Program-made: the position numbers and the translations under genes | Part shown: one piece after another, positions 44,386 through 57,899 of the stretch | How the letters are laid out: the number at the start of each line of letters is the position of its first letter | How positions within the stretch are numbered: position 1 is the stretch's first letter | From: the human T2T-CHM13v2.0 reference genome, Homo sapiens | Assembly: GCF_009914755.1 (NCBI RefSeq) | Contig: NC_060927.1 | DNA: 64,000 nt | Direction: 5' to 3' (one strand) | Notes under the pieces: model-generated | The model's input: the letters and a program-made list of their open reading frames with translations, nothing else | Database searches by the model: none | Told to the model about the DNA's origin: nothing

Positions 44386-46537
44386 AAAGTCGGTCCAATA
44401 CTTTTAAGTCAGCAAAGAAATGAATGCCAAACTAATTTATTTAAAAGAGAGAGACCGATGATATAAAGTTGAATAATCCAGTGAAATTAAACTCCTTTGA
44501 GTGACAAGTTAAACCCATTCACAACACACACTTTGTCTATAGAACAAACCTGCACATGTACCCCTGTAACTAAAATAAAAGTTAAAGAAAAAGAACCTTG
44601 AAGACCTTATCTTGACTTACCGTATTCCTGGAACTAGCACAGAAAACGTCTTCACAAATGCTATATGAATGAATCAACAAGCCTAGAAAAATGACCCCCT
44701 TGCATGAACTTTAAAAAAAAAGTTAAGGCCATTTCCATTTCCAAACTATATAATAATTTAAAATTATTAAATAAATTTTAAGATTTGAGAGACAATTTCT
44801 TTCTTCTAGACATTTAAAATATAAATTCTCACCATGTTAATATCTTTTTAAGTATCAAATGACTTTGTTAAGCATACTAAAGAAGAGAACAGGAATATAT
44901 GTTAAACTGGCTAAATAACCATATTATATTGTATTTGAGGTATTCCACCAAGATGGTCTACCAAGAATTCATTATAATCTTTTGTGCCCTTTTGCCATCT
45001 GGTTTAAAGTAAGTTTGAGGCCAAATCCCAAAGTACAAAATGCCAGGTTCATATTCAAAATAAGTTCAAGATTTTAAAAGTTATCCAAAAACTTATTTGC
45101 CTTTGCTTTTTCCATTCTTTGTTTAATGAGCTGATATTAAAATGACCTGCCATTATTAAGATAAGGGTTTAAAAATTGTAAACATATGTGCTAATTAGCA
45201 TAAAATTAAACCCTGAAATTAATGGAAATCCAAGGAAGACTGGCTGCCAGGACATTTATTTTTCTGAAGTTTTATTTTCTTTCCTACGCTTCTGCCAGAG
45301 AACATTTACTAGTAACTGAATAAATTGCTCTAACGATTTCAGGTTTTGTTATGATACATGATTTTCAAAATTCCAAGAAAAATTTATGGGAACAAAATAA
45401 TAATCTCCTAAACTCCAAAAAGATTAAAATGTGTTTACATATTTCATTAGGTTAATAAAAAGTTTTGTCAGTAATTACATGGAACGAAACTATTTTTCTC
45501 CAAAGTTTGAATAAAAACGAGTCTCATGCATTATATCTAGAATCATTATCTATAGCTCTATTGTTTTATATTATACTAGACAAATTTTTAAAATCTCATG
45601 TCCACATAATCTCACCCTGGAGAAACAAAGATTTCTAATTCTGAAATGGAAATTTTAAAAATAAACAGGATTAACTTTGAACTCCAAATAGGAAAATAAG
45701 CCTCAGTTCAGCTATTTTCCAAGTCTGGATATGGTTCAAAAGTCACAAGAAAAGTACAGCTAACTTAAACCCTTGATTTTATGATCCATTTGATTGGTTT
45801 TTGGTGACTTATTTAAAGGCATAACAACAAATCCTTTCATTATCTTTTCATGTAGTTTGAGAACTTTAGCAATAAAAAGGGAGACATGGTGTACTATTCA
45901 GGCTCTCTGAACACTCTCAATAGTGAAAAACAAAGAAAGCTAAATATGTGGTTACAAAAGACTTACAACTTATGAATTTAGCTCATATAAAATATTTGGC
46001 TTGTTATATTTATTCATATATTTGGGAGCTAGATGGCTTTTCCTTGCCCTGCCTCCACGGACTATAAAAGGTGTCAATTGTTCTAGTTTTTTAATCTTCC
46101 TGCAATTATTGGTTAGCAAACAATTATCCAGTTTTAAATCCTGAAGCACTCCTAATGGTAAACTTGTCCCCTCCCTCAGCTTGTAGATAGAAACTAATGT
46201 CCTAAAAGAACGCACAATTTCATTCTGTGGTCTGAATCAAAAATTTATCGTACTAAAATCAGACACACTAACTCATAATAATTTGTTCAATAATAAAGAC
46301 TTCAAGAATTCTCTGTGAGCACTGTCACAAGGATGGACATTCAGGCTGAGGAGAGGCAGACATGGTTAGCCACTCTGTTGGCCATCTGGTTACCCACGGT
46401 CCCCACACATGCGCAGCTACATTCCCTGAGGTTTAGACATGTCTTTTTTCATGATGAAATTGGAGCTGAGATTCGCATTATTTAGTGCATTCTGGAGAAG
46501 GGCTCTGCTCAACTACCTGTACTGGAAGCTCCACACA

Positions 46538-46866
46538 AGTGTTATGCAATAGAAATATAAAGTGAGTCACAAATAGAATTTTAAATTTCCTACTAGCCTA
46601 ATTAAGAAAAAAAGTAAATATAAATAGGTAAAAATATGTTTTCAAATATAATTTATTTGCCCAATATATCCAAAATATATTTTCATTGATTTCAACCTAC
46701 AATCACTATAACATTTTTTGAATGAAATATACACATTATTTTTTATCATACTATTTTCTAAATCCAGTGTGTATTTTACACTTACACCTCATCTCAATTC
46801 AGACTAGTCATATCCCAAGTGCTCAGTGTCCCCTGTGGGTAGTGGCGAGAGTATTAGACAGTGCAG
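46538..46866. mobile_element. MER33 (hAT-Charlie MITE)
   Basis: caatagaaatataaagtgagtcac...gtgtattttacacttaca...catctcaattcagactag...tattagacagtgcag. Confidence 0.8.
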
Positions 46867-46999
46867 TTCAACATTGCTACTCTTCCACTTACCTACACAA
46901 CCTCTAAAAAGAAATGATTAAATAATTATAAACATTAAGAATAGCTTAACATGATAAATACAAATAAGCTGATGGCCAGTTTTTATATTAGATCACCAG

Positions 47000-47290
47000 G
47001 GTGTAGTATTAATAGTTAAGCGTGTACTCATTAATTACACGACCTTGGGCATATTGCTTAACCTCCTTGTGCTTCAGTTTCCTCATCTACAATATAATAG
47101 AAATAGAATATTACCTACTTCTTAGGGTTGTTGGAGGATTAAGTAAATCAATATGCTTAAAGCACATACAGTAATGCTGGGAAAGGCAAGTTCTGTTGGA
47201 GGATTATGTAAATCAATATGTTTAAAGCACGTAGAACAATCTCGAGAGAGGAAAGTGCTCTGTAATTGATGGCAGTTATTATTAGTAGTA
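47000..47290. mobile_element. MIR with an internal tandem duplication (period about 66 bp)
   Basis: gaccttgggc...cttcagtttcctcatct; gttggaggatta(a/t)gtaaatcaatatg(c/t)ttaaagcac occurs at about 47130 and 47196. Confidence 0.8.
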
Positions 47291-48217
47291 GTATTACTTC
47301 TATAGAACAGTGATTCTCAAAATATGTTTTAAAATACCACCAGCATTGCCTGTGATCTTTCTACAAATGCAGAGGTACTTCGTGAGAATTTTTATTTTAC
47401 TAAGATTCCCAGATGACTCTTATGCACAGTAAAATGTGGGTAGAAATAGCCTAGAGATTAAGGAGAGACATCATTAAAATGACCAATATGGTATCTAGAA
47501 ATAACAATTTGTGCTATAATTTGTAAGAAGAAAAACTGTGGGAAATAGAGATATTAGGCAAATAGAAAGCTATAGAAATATCAAAATATAAAAAGGAAAT
47601 TTGATATAGAGGCAAAGTAAAAGCACAAGGAATTCTAACTACACTAACCTACTTCCATTTTAAAGATTCATTACCAATAAGACTAACTCAGTAGAGAGAA
47701 GGAAATAAAAGACAACAAAGGTAGAAATAAGTATCCCATTTTGGGATCTTTTTGTGTGTCTCACAACCCTCTACAATCAGTTACAGCCTGTTAATAGCCC
47801 AGTGAGGATGTTAAAACAGGTGATTTTTCCCCATTTGATAAATGAAGAGACTAAGACCTGGAGAAATCATGGCTTTCCTATATTACAGAGAATGAAATGG
47901 CAGAGTTAAAATAGGTATGACTAAAATGGCATGACAATGAAACAGTCATGACTGAAATCTTCTCAATCAAAACCTTGTATTACATGGGTGTATGGAGAAT
48001 AATAATACTAATAATAGTCATAATAAAAATAGTAGTTAACCTTGTTAAAGGATAGCTACTGAACCTCAGGGCTTGAAATATGTTAACTAAATAACAACAA
48101 CAACCCTATGAGACAGGTGCTATTATTACTCCTATTTTATAAATGAAGAAATTGATGCATAATTAATTCTCTGAGCAAATTCCCATGGTTAAGTCACTGA
48201 GTCCAGCTTGTACTTAG

Positions 48218-48572
<355 letters not shown>

Positions 48573-49084
48573 AGAAACCATATTCTTAACAATTATAATA
48601 TATATAATACCTACTTAACTTACCAGTTAGGGCAGAGAGGTTGGTGAACTACACAAGACATAATTGCCCAATAATGTAATGCCCAAAATTTAGTAATAAA
48701 TTTTCAAATAGTTCTTGACTTTATAAAATACATTATTCAGTTTCTTTTAACCCAAAGATATTTTTATGCATAGCTCTTTTAGAAAACATCTATTATATAA
48801 AGCAATATATGATAAATTGGCTATTAAAGTTAAAACTATGCCAAAAATGGATATGAAAGTGAATCTTTGAAAAGCATTCAAAGTTTAACTGAAAAATCCT
48901 AAGTCTATCTGAAATAACTAATAATAATATTCTGTTGAACCTCTATCTGCAAGGGCTAGGTGTAGTGGGGAAGGATGGTAAGAAAAATTAATTTTGTCAA
49001 CTAGTGGATTTTCAGGCCATTTTGACACATTTGGTCCATTTCAGTGACTTAAAGACCAAATGAATTAATAAAATCTAAATCTTC

Positions 49085-50062
49085 ACTTCTTCACAGCAAA
49101 AGGAACTGTCAAAAGAATAAATAGACAACCCAAAGAATGGGAGAAAATATTTGCAAACTATGCATCCAACAAAAGTTTAATATCCAGAATCAGTACAAAG
49201 CTTAAATCAACAAGAAAAAACCAAATAACCCCATTAAAAAGTGGGCAAAAGACATGAAGAAGACTTCTCAGAAGAAGACATACAGGTGGCCAACAAACAT
49301 ATGTAAAAAATACTCATCACTAATCATCAGAGAAATGCAAACCAAAACCACAGTGAGACACTGTCTATCACTAGTTAGAATCATTATTACTAAAAAGTCA
49401 AAGAACAAGAGATGTTGGAGAGGCTGCAGAGAAAAGGGAACACTTAAACACTGTTGGGAGGAATGTAAATAGTTCAGCTACGGTGGAAAACAGTTTGGAG
49501 ATTTCTCAAAGAACTTAGAAGTATCATTCAACACAGCAATCCCATTACTGAGTGCCTAACCAAAAGAAAACAATTTATTCTACCAAAAAGACACATGCAT
49601 TTGCATGTTCATTGCAGCACTATTCACAATAGCTAAGTCATGGAATCAACCTAGGTGTCCATCGGTGGTGGACTAGATAAAGAAAATGAGGTACCTATAC
49701 ACATGGAATAGTATGCAGTCATAAAAAAGAATAAAATCATGTCTTTTCCAGCAACATGAATGCATCTGGGAACCATTATCCTAAGCAAATTAGCAGGAAC
49801 AGAAACCAAATACTGCATGTTCTCACTTATAACTGGGAGCTAAACATTGGGAAAACATAAAGATAGCAACAATAGACACTGGGGGCTACTACAGTGGGGA
49901 AGAAGGCAGAGGAGTAAGAGTTGAAAAACTAACTTGTGGCTACTATGCTCAGTGGGTGACAGGATAATTCATACCCCAAACTTCAGCACCACACAATATA
50001 GCCAGGTAACAAATTTGCACATGTACCCCCTAAATCTAAAATAAAAGTTGAAAAAGAAAAAA
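49085..50062 (+). mobile_element. 5'-truncated L1PA16-like LINE-1
   Basis: ORF2 C-terminal remnant (RCWRGCREKGTLKHCWEECK) and a 3'UTR ending gcacatgtaccccctaaatctaaaataaaagttgaaaaa. Confidence 0.9.
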
Positions 50063-50475
50063 GCTAGATAAACATATATATTGTTGAAATGTGGCAAATA
50101 TTTTGAAAACATTGACTGGTATTTAAGATATCAATTTTAAAAAATAAAATACTTGATTTATTAGGCAGGATAATTTTATATTTGTCTTTTGTTTTAAAAT
50201 TCAGTTACTGTCATAATTTTTAAAAGTTGACAGAAAAAAAGAAAAACATCTAAATCTTCTTTTATGTAATAAATCAATCATATTAAATCTCATTATTTTT
50301 TGTTCCTGCACCTATCTATTTGAGTGATAAAGTTGATAAGGGCAGAGAAGTCTATTTATGTTCAGTTCATCTCTGTCAAAAGCAGGAGATTACAGCTGCC
50401 CTCTTTTGATCACCACAGATGACCTTGAATGCTATGATGCAACCATTGCCCAAGTGGTGGTCCTTTTTATGAACT

Positions 50476-50928
50476 TGTAAACCCCAAATATCTGAGACAG
50501 GTGTCTGTTAATTTAGAAAGTTCATTTTGCCAAGGTGGAGAACACACACCAGTGACACTGCTTCAAGAGGACCCGAAGACATGTGCCCCAAGGTGGTCAG
50601 GGCACATCTTGGTTTTATACATTTTAGGGAGACATGAGATATAAATCAATATATATAAGATGTGCATTGGTTTGTCTGGAAAGGCAGGACAACTCAAGCA
50701 GGAGGGGGCTTCCACGTCACAGGCGGGAGAAAAACGATTGCTTCTTTTGAGTTTCTGATTAGCCTTTCCAAAGGAGGCAATCAGATATGCATTTATCTCC
50801 GTGAGCAGAGGGATAACTTTGAATAGAATAAAAGGTAGGTTTGTCCTAAGCAGTTCCCAGCTTGACTTTTTCCTTTAGCTTAGTGATTTTGGGGGCCCCA
50901 AGATTTCCAAGATTTATTTTTTTTCACA
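50476..50928 (-). mobile_element. 3' LTR (MER4A1-like)
   Basis: tgtaaaccccaaatatctgagacagg...gatttattttttttcaca; adjacent tttccccatttccttttt is the polypurine tract on the minus strand. Confidence 0.93.
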
Positions 50929-53900
50929 TTTCCCCATTTCCTTTTTAAAAATTTTTTGGGGAAAACAATTTAGAAGAAAATGAGTATCTGGTTTCAGGTT
51001 TTGTCTGATCTCTCAAGATTAGGATGGTTTTTTCCTAGACAGGTAGGTCCCAAGTTATTAGGAAAGCTAATTTTCAGCAAGTTGAGAAGTCTCATGTCCT
51101 ATGAAAAGGAAATAGGGGGAGGGAGAAAAACAGCAACAAACAGAAGAACAATCCTGGAAAACTGATATAGGCCACATTACTCTGAAGTCCATACATCAGT
51201 AGGCAGGTATGAAAGTAGCTTATGTAAGTAAAAAGGTTGCTGTTATTTTCTTCTGAAGTTTAAGTTGTCTAGCTTCAGTTTGCAGGGCTTTACAAAAGCA
51301 CAGCTTAGTTTTCAGTGACTCCAAATTAGGAAAAATGGGGGAAAAATTAAAAACATTATTTTGAAGACTTGTAGCCAAGGAAAATTAGAATTCAGTCCAA
51401 ACTGTAGAAAATAATAAAAGTTGAGAAACATTAGGCAAGATTAAAATCTAGAAACAGATGTACTATAGTTTTTGAAACATAATTTTTATCTCTCCAGTTT
51501 CCCATTTTTACTAAAGACACATCATTTTAGGACTGATCTGTTTATTATACTTGGCCAGATTATTTGCATAAAGTGCAGCAAGAATAATTATTTTTTACAT
51601 AGGCTTTATAAATTGGCTTTTATGGAACTTTGTTCCATAGTAGGAATATCAGATAAGACTTTTTTTTAAGTCTTAAAGTCTTTTGATTCCATCAAAGCCA
51701 TGGATTTATACCATCAAATACCTATGATTTGGGTGAATTCTTCTCCTCTTAAGATCCCAAGATAACTTGGGGCCCTGGGCCTGTCAGAAAGTGACACACT
51801 TTGCTTACCACAGGTCAGGAACTCTGTACAGTGACTATGTAGACAAGATATGAAGCCAGTTTCCCAAGAGGCTTTTATTGGCTCTATAAGTCAAGTTTGA
51901 TTCCTCAAAGGAAAGCATGCCATTCCTGTCAAAGCCTTGGTAAAATAACCAGTTTCTCCCATTGTGTCCTGTTACAAATGAAAACAGATTCTTATTGCAC
52001 TTATGCAAATAACTATATTGCCATAAGTTAAGAATACTCATAAATAGTTTCCAAATTTTGGAGGAATCAGGTAGAGAGAAATAAATATGCTTCAAATTTT
52101 GTTCATAGGAGTATACTTAATTGTTAAAAGCTGTCAATAGCTCAAAATAAAATTTTGCTTGACTCTGAAAAACAAAACAAAGGATCAGCAACATTTTAAG
52201 CAAAAAGTTAAAAAGATTACTTGTCTTCTATTAGTTCTGTGTGGTTAATTCCTGTGTTGCTTGATATTTACGAACATTTCAGCTCTTCATGAATCCTGAA
52301 AATTTTTCCTCTATTCTGATGTCACAGTCTCCAAAGTTATCAGAAACCTGCATTCATGAACACCTGTTAGAGTTTTACAGCTGATTAAAAAACCACCTTC
52401 TAAAGAGGACCAAAACAAGACAACAATTGTTCATGGATGACAAAAAGTTTTTAGGCAGCCATAGTCAAAGACACAATTAATGAGGAAATTTGTTACCTCT
52501 GTGGCACACAATAATTTAACATAAAAATTATAGTTATTACTGATAATGTACACTAAGTCATATCAGAATTATAAGAGTTACCCATAATTTTGGAACACAT
52601 GGCAGTTACATATTTATACAAATACAGCCCAAAGAAAACAAAACACCATTTCATATTTGACAATGCTTCCTGTATAATTTTTATACCAAATAAGCCAAAT
52701 AGGTCATTTTTGGACTTTAGGAAAGCCGATATCTCAAAATTAATTAGGTGAGACAAAGACATAATTTATAATATGATTTTGGAAAGTTTGTCAAATATCA
52801 AAGGTTTAAAACATTTGACATCATAAAATAGGATCACAGGTCATTGTCAAGTCATTTATTTAAACAAAGTGATAACTCAAAGATTTCAAAAAAAGGTGAA
52901 AACCTTCATTTTTTAGAGAGGAGAATTAATTTTCCAATTAATAAGCCCTAATGAAAACAGCATAAAGTCAATTAGATTTGTATTCCAAAATTTTATAAAC
53001 AATCTGTAAAATTTTAATCTTTATAACATCTATAATATACCTTTTATAACCTTTATAACCTTTATTAAGGAGTCAATTAATGCTTCAAGAAAACCTTGTT
53101 AATCTGAAACAGGGGTGCATATGCTGGTCTTGCATCAGTGTGCCTTTGACATTAATGGTTAATTTATTTAATTATAGATAAACTAAACTTATTTTATCTC
53201 TCAAAATTGGCCCTTAAAATTTGACATTCCCACATATTCTGCAATAGTCCCTGGGCCTTGAGGAGTTGAATAGATTTAATTTCTGACCATGTGTCTCAGG
53301 AATCTAATTTATTTTGATTGGCATCTTCTACATGGCCTAAAGATGAAGCTTTAATTACTGTCAGTGTTGAAGATTTCGCAAGACTTGGTGTCCTTTTTAG
53401 ACCCAGAAGTCAAAGTCCTGTAACTCAATGTCACAAGGACTTTAAAAGCACATACAGAAAGATACACAGCTGTAATAACGTTAATTAATTTTTTTAATCT
53501 CAGTTTTTTTTTCTAAGCAAAACCAAACTTAATAATAATGGCATAGGAATTATTTCAATAAAATGTAAAATCTGTAAGGCCAGTTACCAAAAGGCAAAAG
53601 GAAAGACCTTCTGCAATGCAAAGAATATTATGTTGGAAGAAAACATGTCCTTTAAACTTTTAAGAAAACCTTGTTAGCATCAGGCCACAACAAACAAAAC
53701 TTGAGGGGAAAAAAAACTTCTATGAGTTGAAATGAGTTGAAGGAGACCATTGCTATTTCATGCCCTTTAAAAAGAGAGAGAAAACTGAAAACGGTGAGAT
53801 GCAATACAAGTTGAACATTGGGTAAAAAAAGAAAATTAAAATCTCTTATAATTTCTTAAGAGCAAATCAATTACTTAAGAAAATTTTATTGCTCTAATCA

Positions 53901-54517
53901 ATTATTTAGTGTATAAGTGTTTTTTTACATCAAACCCAATATCTAGAAATACCATTATAATTTCCCTTTAGTTACAGACAACTTGATCATATAAAAGTTT
54001 TTTTTAATAAAACCTCTTATTGTGACTTAGACAGACCATTCATGACATGCTTGAACTTTCTGGTTTGTCCTAAACATCCCTTCTTCTTAAACAGCCAGGC
54101 ATTTTATTGTAGGACTAAATTTACCATACAAGATTCTTTCTCATATAAAATTATTTCTCTTTAAGCTTTCTTACCAAAAAATATCTCTTTATTTCTATAA
54201 CTTTCTTTATGTCTCTTATTTCCTGGCTCCTTTTACATTGTTTTATTCATAACCTTTGAATAAGCTTTGAATTAGACAAAAATTGCTCACCTTTTTAAAC
54301 AGGGCACTTGGTTTTTAAAAAGAATGTTATTCTACAATATATTTTTATTGGAAAATACCCAGATAATGAAATATCCATTATATAATTTAATATAATGTTC
54401 AATTCTAAGTTACGACAAGTTTGTCTACAAGTATCCCATTACATTTACCTAATTATTTTATTTTAATCATTTACCTAGATTATTTATGAAAACTGCAGTA
54501 GTCATTGTTTAAAGTTA

Positions 54518-54731
54518 TGAAATTCACCATTGCAAAATTCTAACTGAGACAGTGAAAAAGATAAGAACTAATTGACTCTGTCTTGCTTGTAATCTCCAAG
54601 CAGTCCTTATTCATGCCTGGACTTTGGAAGGAACTTAGTTTTTAGTTTAGCTTTGAAACAAAGATGATAACAGTCCTTTCCCAAAACAAACCTCCTTACT
54701 CTTTGTGGGCTAGGCTGCCTAAAGCCACAAG
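54518..54731 (+). mobile_element. LTR8-like segment inside MER4-int, antisense to the provirus
   Basis: tgaaattcaccattgcaaaattctaactgagacagtgaaa...ggaacttagt...aaacaaagatgataacagtcctttccc resembles the 5' part of LTR8. Confidence 0.7.
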
Positions 54732-57420
54732 AAATAATTCAAGATGTAGCTATTTTCATTAAACTTATATCAATGTCTTATTTATTAAAAATTACACAAG
54801 CAAGGATCATTCTGTTTGGGGCTGGGTTTATAGTTTTGTAACCCCTACACCAAATTTTGACACCTTATAGTATTTGGCAGGGATAAGTATGAAATTGCTT
54901 GATTGATAAATGCAAACAAAAATGTATGCTGGCAATTCTTAAGACATTTCTGATTTATTTATTAAAGATTTTACTTAAGTTACATAAACTTGAAGAAGCA
55001 TTTGATGAGTCCTTTCTTTTTTCCTGATAAAGTATTTGATTCAAGCATTTTATTTTTCTTAAGCCAATTAATTAGAGCTCTGTTATATATTTTCAGTACT
55101 GAAACATTGAGTACACAACACATAAATATATAGACATATGAGGTGTGCCCTTAGAAGTACATTTTATAAATTCATAAAGACATTTTGTTTCCCATCTTAG
55201 ACTTTCAAATTCTTGATAACCTATTTCAATAGGTAACCTGTATCAATTATTGATAACCATAGGCAGTTGTCAGCTAAATAGTCTTAAATGTGCTTATTAA
55301 AGGAAACAACTCAGGTGAAAATCAACTAGAGAAATTCACATTACAGGTTACGGAGAGAAAAAGTCTAGTGTGATAGAAGGAAATTAAAATGAATTTAATT
55401 GCCCATTAAACATAAAATTATAGAAATTATAAAGGCCTTTTAAATATATACACACACACATATGCAAACACACAAAGATCCTTTAGCTTTTACTTCAGAA
55501 CTTTAGTCATGAGATAAATACAAATTCACTGGCTTGCAAATAAAAAACCTGTTGGATCAAAACAGTGGTTTTTTTATCTTAATGGAAAAATAACAGCAGA
55601 TTTAAAGCAGGCAAAAAATAAAATACAGAAAAAGAGAACTTAGGAACTCTGTAGTTTGCAGCAATCTTAGGGCTCTTTTCCCTTAATGTAAATGGGCACA
55701 AAGACCATATTACTTCAATTTTACATAATCTCTGGCAAGTAGAGGTGCCATAAAACCTACAGTGTGCTTGCAAGGGGGTCATTCTCCTCATTTTCTCCTC
55801 ATTCTTAGATTATTTGTTTACCATTTTTTTTTTCTTAAAAGGAGGAACTGAGCTGTGGCCTAGAGTTTTTGTGTGGTGTATTAATGTGTGCTGCTTGTGG
55901 GCAGGACTCCACAGTATGTCACCACTGAGTCATTTCCACCCTCTTACAGGTCTCAGTTTCTCTCTCTCAGAGGTCTGTGACCTCTGAGAGGGCTCAAAAC
56001 ACCAGGTGATCAGCCCTTATATGTGTTTTTTGGAGGATCCCTTTTTTTAAATTAATTTTTTTGGGGATTTCCCTTCAGGGTCACTGCACACTGCAGAGGG
56101 TCAACCACCAAGGGGCAACTTTCGGCTCCCTTTCTCTTCAGAGCTGAGAAAACTCAGTTTCTCATTTACCTATTAACACAACAATTCAATTCCTCACATA
56201 AATGCACACAGACAAGCTGAATCAAGATTAATTTTAGGATAAAAAGCAATAGAGAAGACCCTTTAGAATGCATCTCCAAACTAGAATTAGGATCCTTAAA
56301 CAATAACTTCCTAGGAGAGAAAAAAAGGGAAAAAAAAACAGCATACACCACTTCGTGCAAACTGTTCTCAGCCACCCCTACTTTGTAGCTCTCATCCACC
56401 ACTACACATGCCAAAGTCAAGTCTTCTCACAGTACAAGGTGATTTCTGGTACCCCCAAAGCCAAGGAGATCAGGTCATGCAATACAGGAAAACAGAGCTT
56501 TAGACCTAAGAAGAATCTGCCCATGACTCTTGAAACTTCACAAAGAAGACAAAACACCCCAAAAGGGGTGAGTGGCACCTTTGTTCTGAATTCTTTAAAG
56601 GTGTTCAAGTCATTAGAAGCCTTCTCTAGTTTTTGTTTGTCTGTTTGTTTTTGTACTGCAGATGGCAAAAACGGAAGGAGGTAGGGTGGAAGAAAAGTAA
56701 ACAAAAGAACTTTTTTTTTTTTTTTAAGACAGGAAGCAAACACAGAAACCAAGTGCATGGGTTTCTTTTGTTTTTTGTTTTTGTTTTCCTTGTTTGCAAC
56801 TGCAAGGAATTTTGGCCAAATTAGAGAGGTTTTCTTACCCACAATTTGGAATTCTCACTTAGATCTGACCAAGTCAGTTAGAGTTGGTCAAATCTGATGA
56901 GAAAAAGGCTGGAACAAACAACAACAACAACAGAAACCCACAATATGATCACTGAGTGCCATAATGGTAAGGAGAAATTAAGACCACCTGGTTGTTAAAC
57001 TTCAGCCAAGATAAAACCCCAATTCAGCTACTTACCTACGGATGGGTCTCAGGCTGAAGACTGCTTTCTACCATCCTAGAAGGAGGGAAAAAAAAACCCT
57101 CAAACTCATCTTCCTTGCTGGGAGTGAGTTCAAACTCCATAAAGGAGTTACCTGCCTTCCATCATCATGGAAACAAGAAATCTTGCCTTTTTTGTTGGAA
57201 CCAAGTAAAACTCCAAAAACAAAAAAGTCGGGGGGTGGGGGAGTTGTACAGCAAAATAAACTTTAGATCTTGACCGAATTTTGGGAGATCAAGGATTCTC
57301 TGGAGGGGTAGGTACTTCCAGACCTCAGCAATCGTCATACTTGTTTGAGCCATAAAGTTAGCTCTTGCTGGTACCAAGCACCGAAAGATTTGTCAAAGGT
57401 GAGGAGCATCTCCACTCAGA

Positions 57421-57438
57421 GTCCCTTTGTGGTTACCA
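57421..57438 (-). promoter_or_regulatory. Retroviral primer-binding site, tRNA-Arg-like
   Basis: Minus strand TGGTAACCACAAAGGGAC just inside the 5' LTR; near-complementary to the recalled 3' end of tRNA-Arg(TCG), ...TCCCTTCGTGGTTACCA. Confidence 0.7.
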
Positions 57439-57441
57439 AAA

Positions 57442-57899
57442 TGTGAACCCCAAAAATCTGAGACAGGTCTCAGTTCATTTAAAAAGTTTATTTTCCCAAG
57501 GTTGAGGACACACACCTGTGACACAGCTTCAGGAGGTCCCAGTGACATGTGTCCAAGGTGGTCAGGGCACAGCTTGGTTTTCTATATTTTAAGGAGACAT
57601 GAGACATCAATTAATATATATAAGATGTACATTGGTTCCATCTGGAAAGGCGGAACAACTCAAGCAGGGAGGGGGCTTCCAGGTGACAGGAAGGTGAAAG
57701 ACAAACGGTTGCATTCTTTTGAGTTTCTGGTTAGCCTTTCCAAAAAAGGCAATCAGATATACATTTATCTCAATGAGCAGAGAGATGACCGAATAGAATG
57801 GGAGGCAGGTTTGCCCTAAACAGTTCCCAGCTTGATTTTTCCCTTTAGTTTAGTGATTTTTGGGGCCCCAAGTTTTCCAAGATTTATTTTCCTTTCACA
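57442..57899 (-). mobile_element. 5' LTR (MER4A1-like)
   Basis: tgtgaaccccaaaaatctgagacaggtctcag...gatttattttcctttcaca; direct repeat of 50476-50928. Confidence 0.93.

Larger units (their letters stand above)
50476..57899 (-). mobile_element. Complete MER4-group ERV1 provirus (MER4A1 LTR - MER4-int - MER4A1 LTR), non-coding
   Basis: Two direct LTRs with TG...CA ends; PBS next to the right LTR; polypurine tract next to the left LTR; 4-bp TSD aact / agct; no gag/pol/env ORF. Confidence 0.93.

Noticed and set aside
44990-46395. CTCF sites at gccatctggtt
   Set aside because: Only the core half matches and the flanking GC-rich positions are missing.
50929-57441. gag/pol/env genes in the provirus (e.g. 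ORFs 56355-56684, 56417-56842)
   Set aside because: No retroviral protein motifs; the ORFs are low-complexity and lie in the leader-like region of a non-autonomous element.
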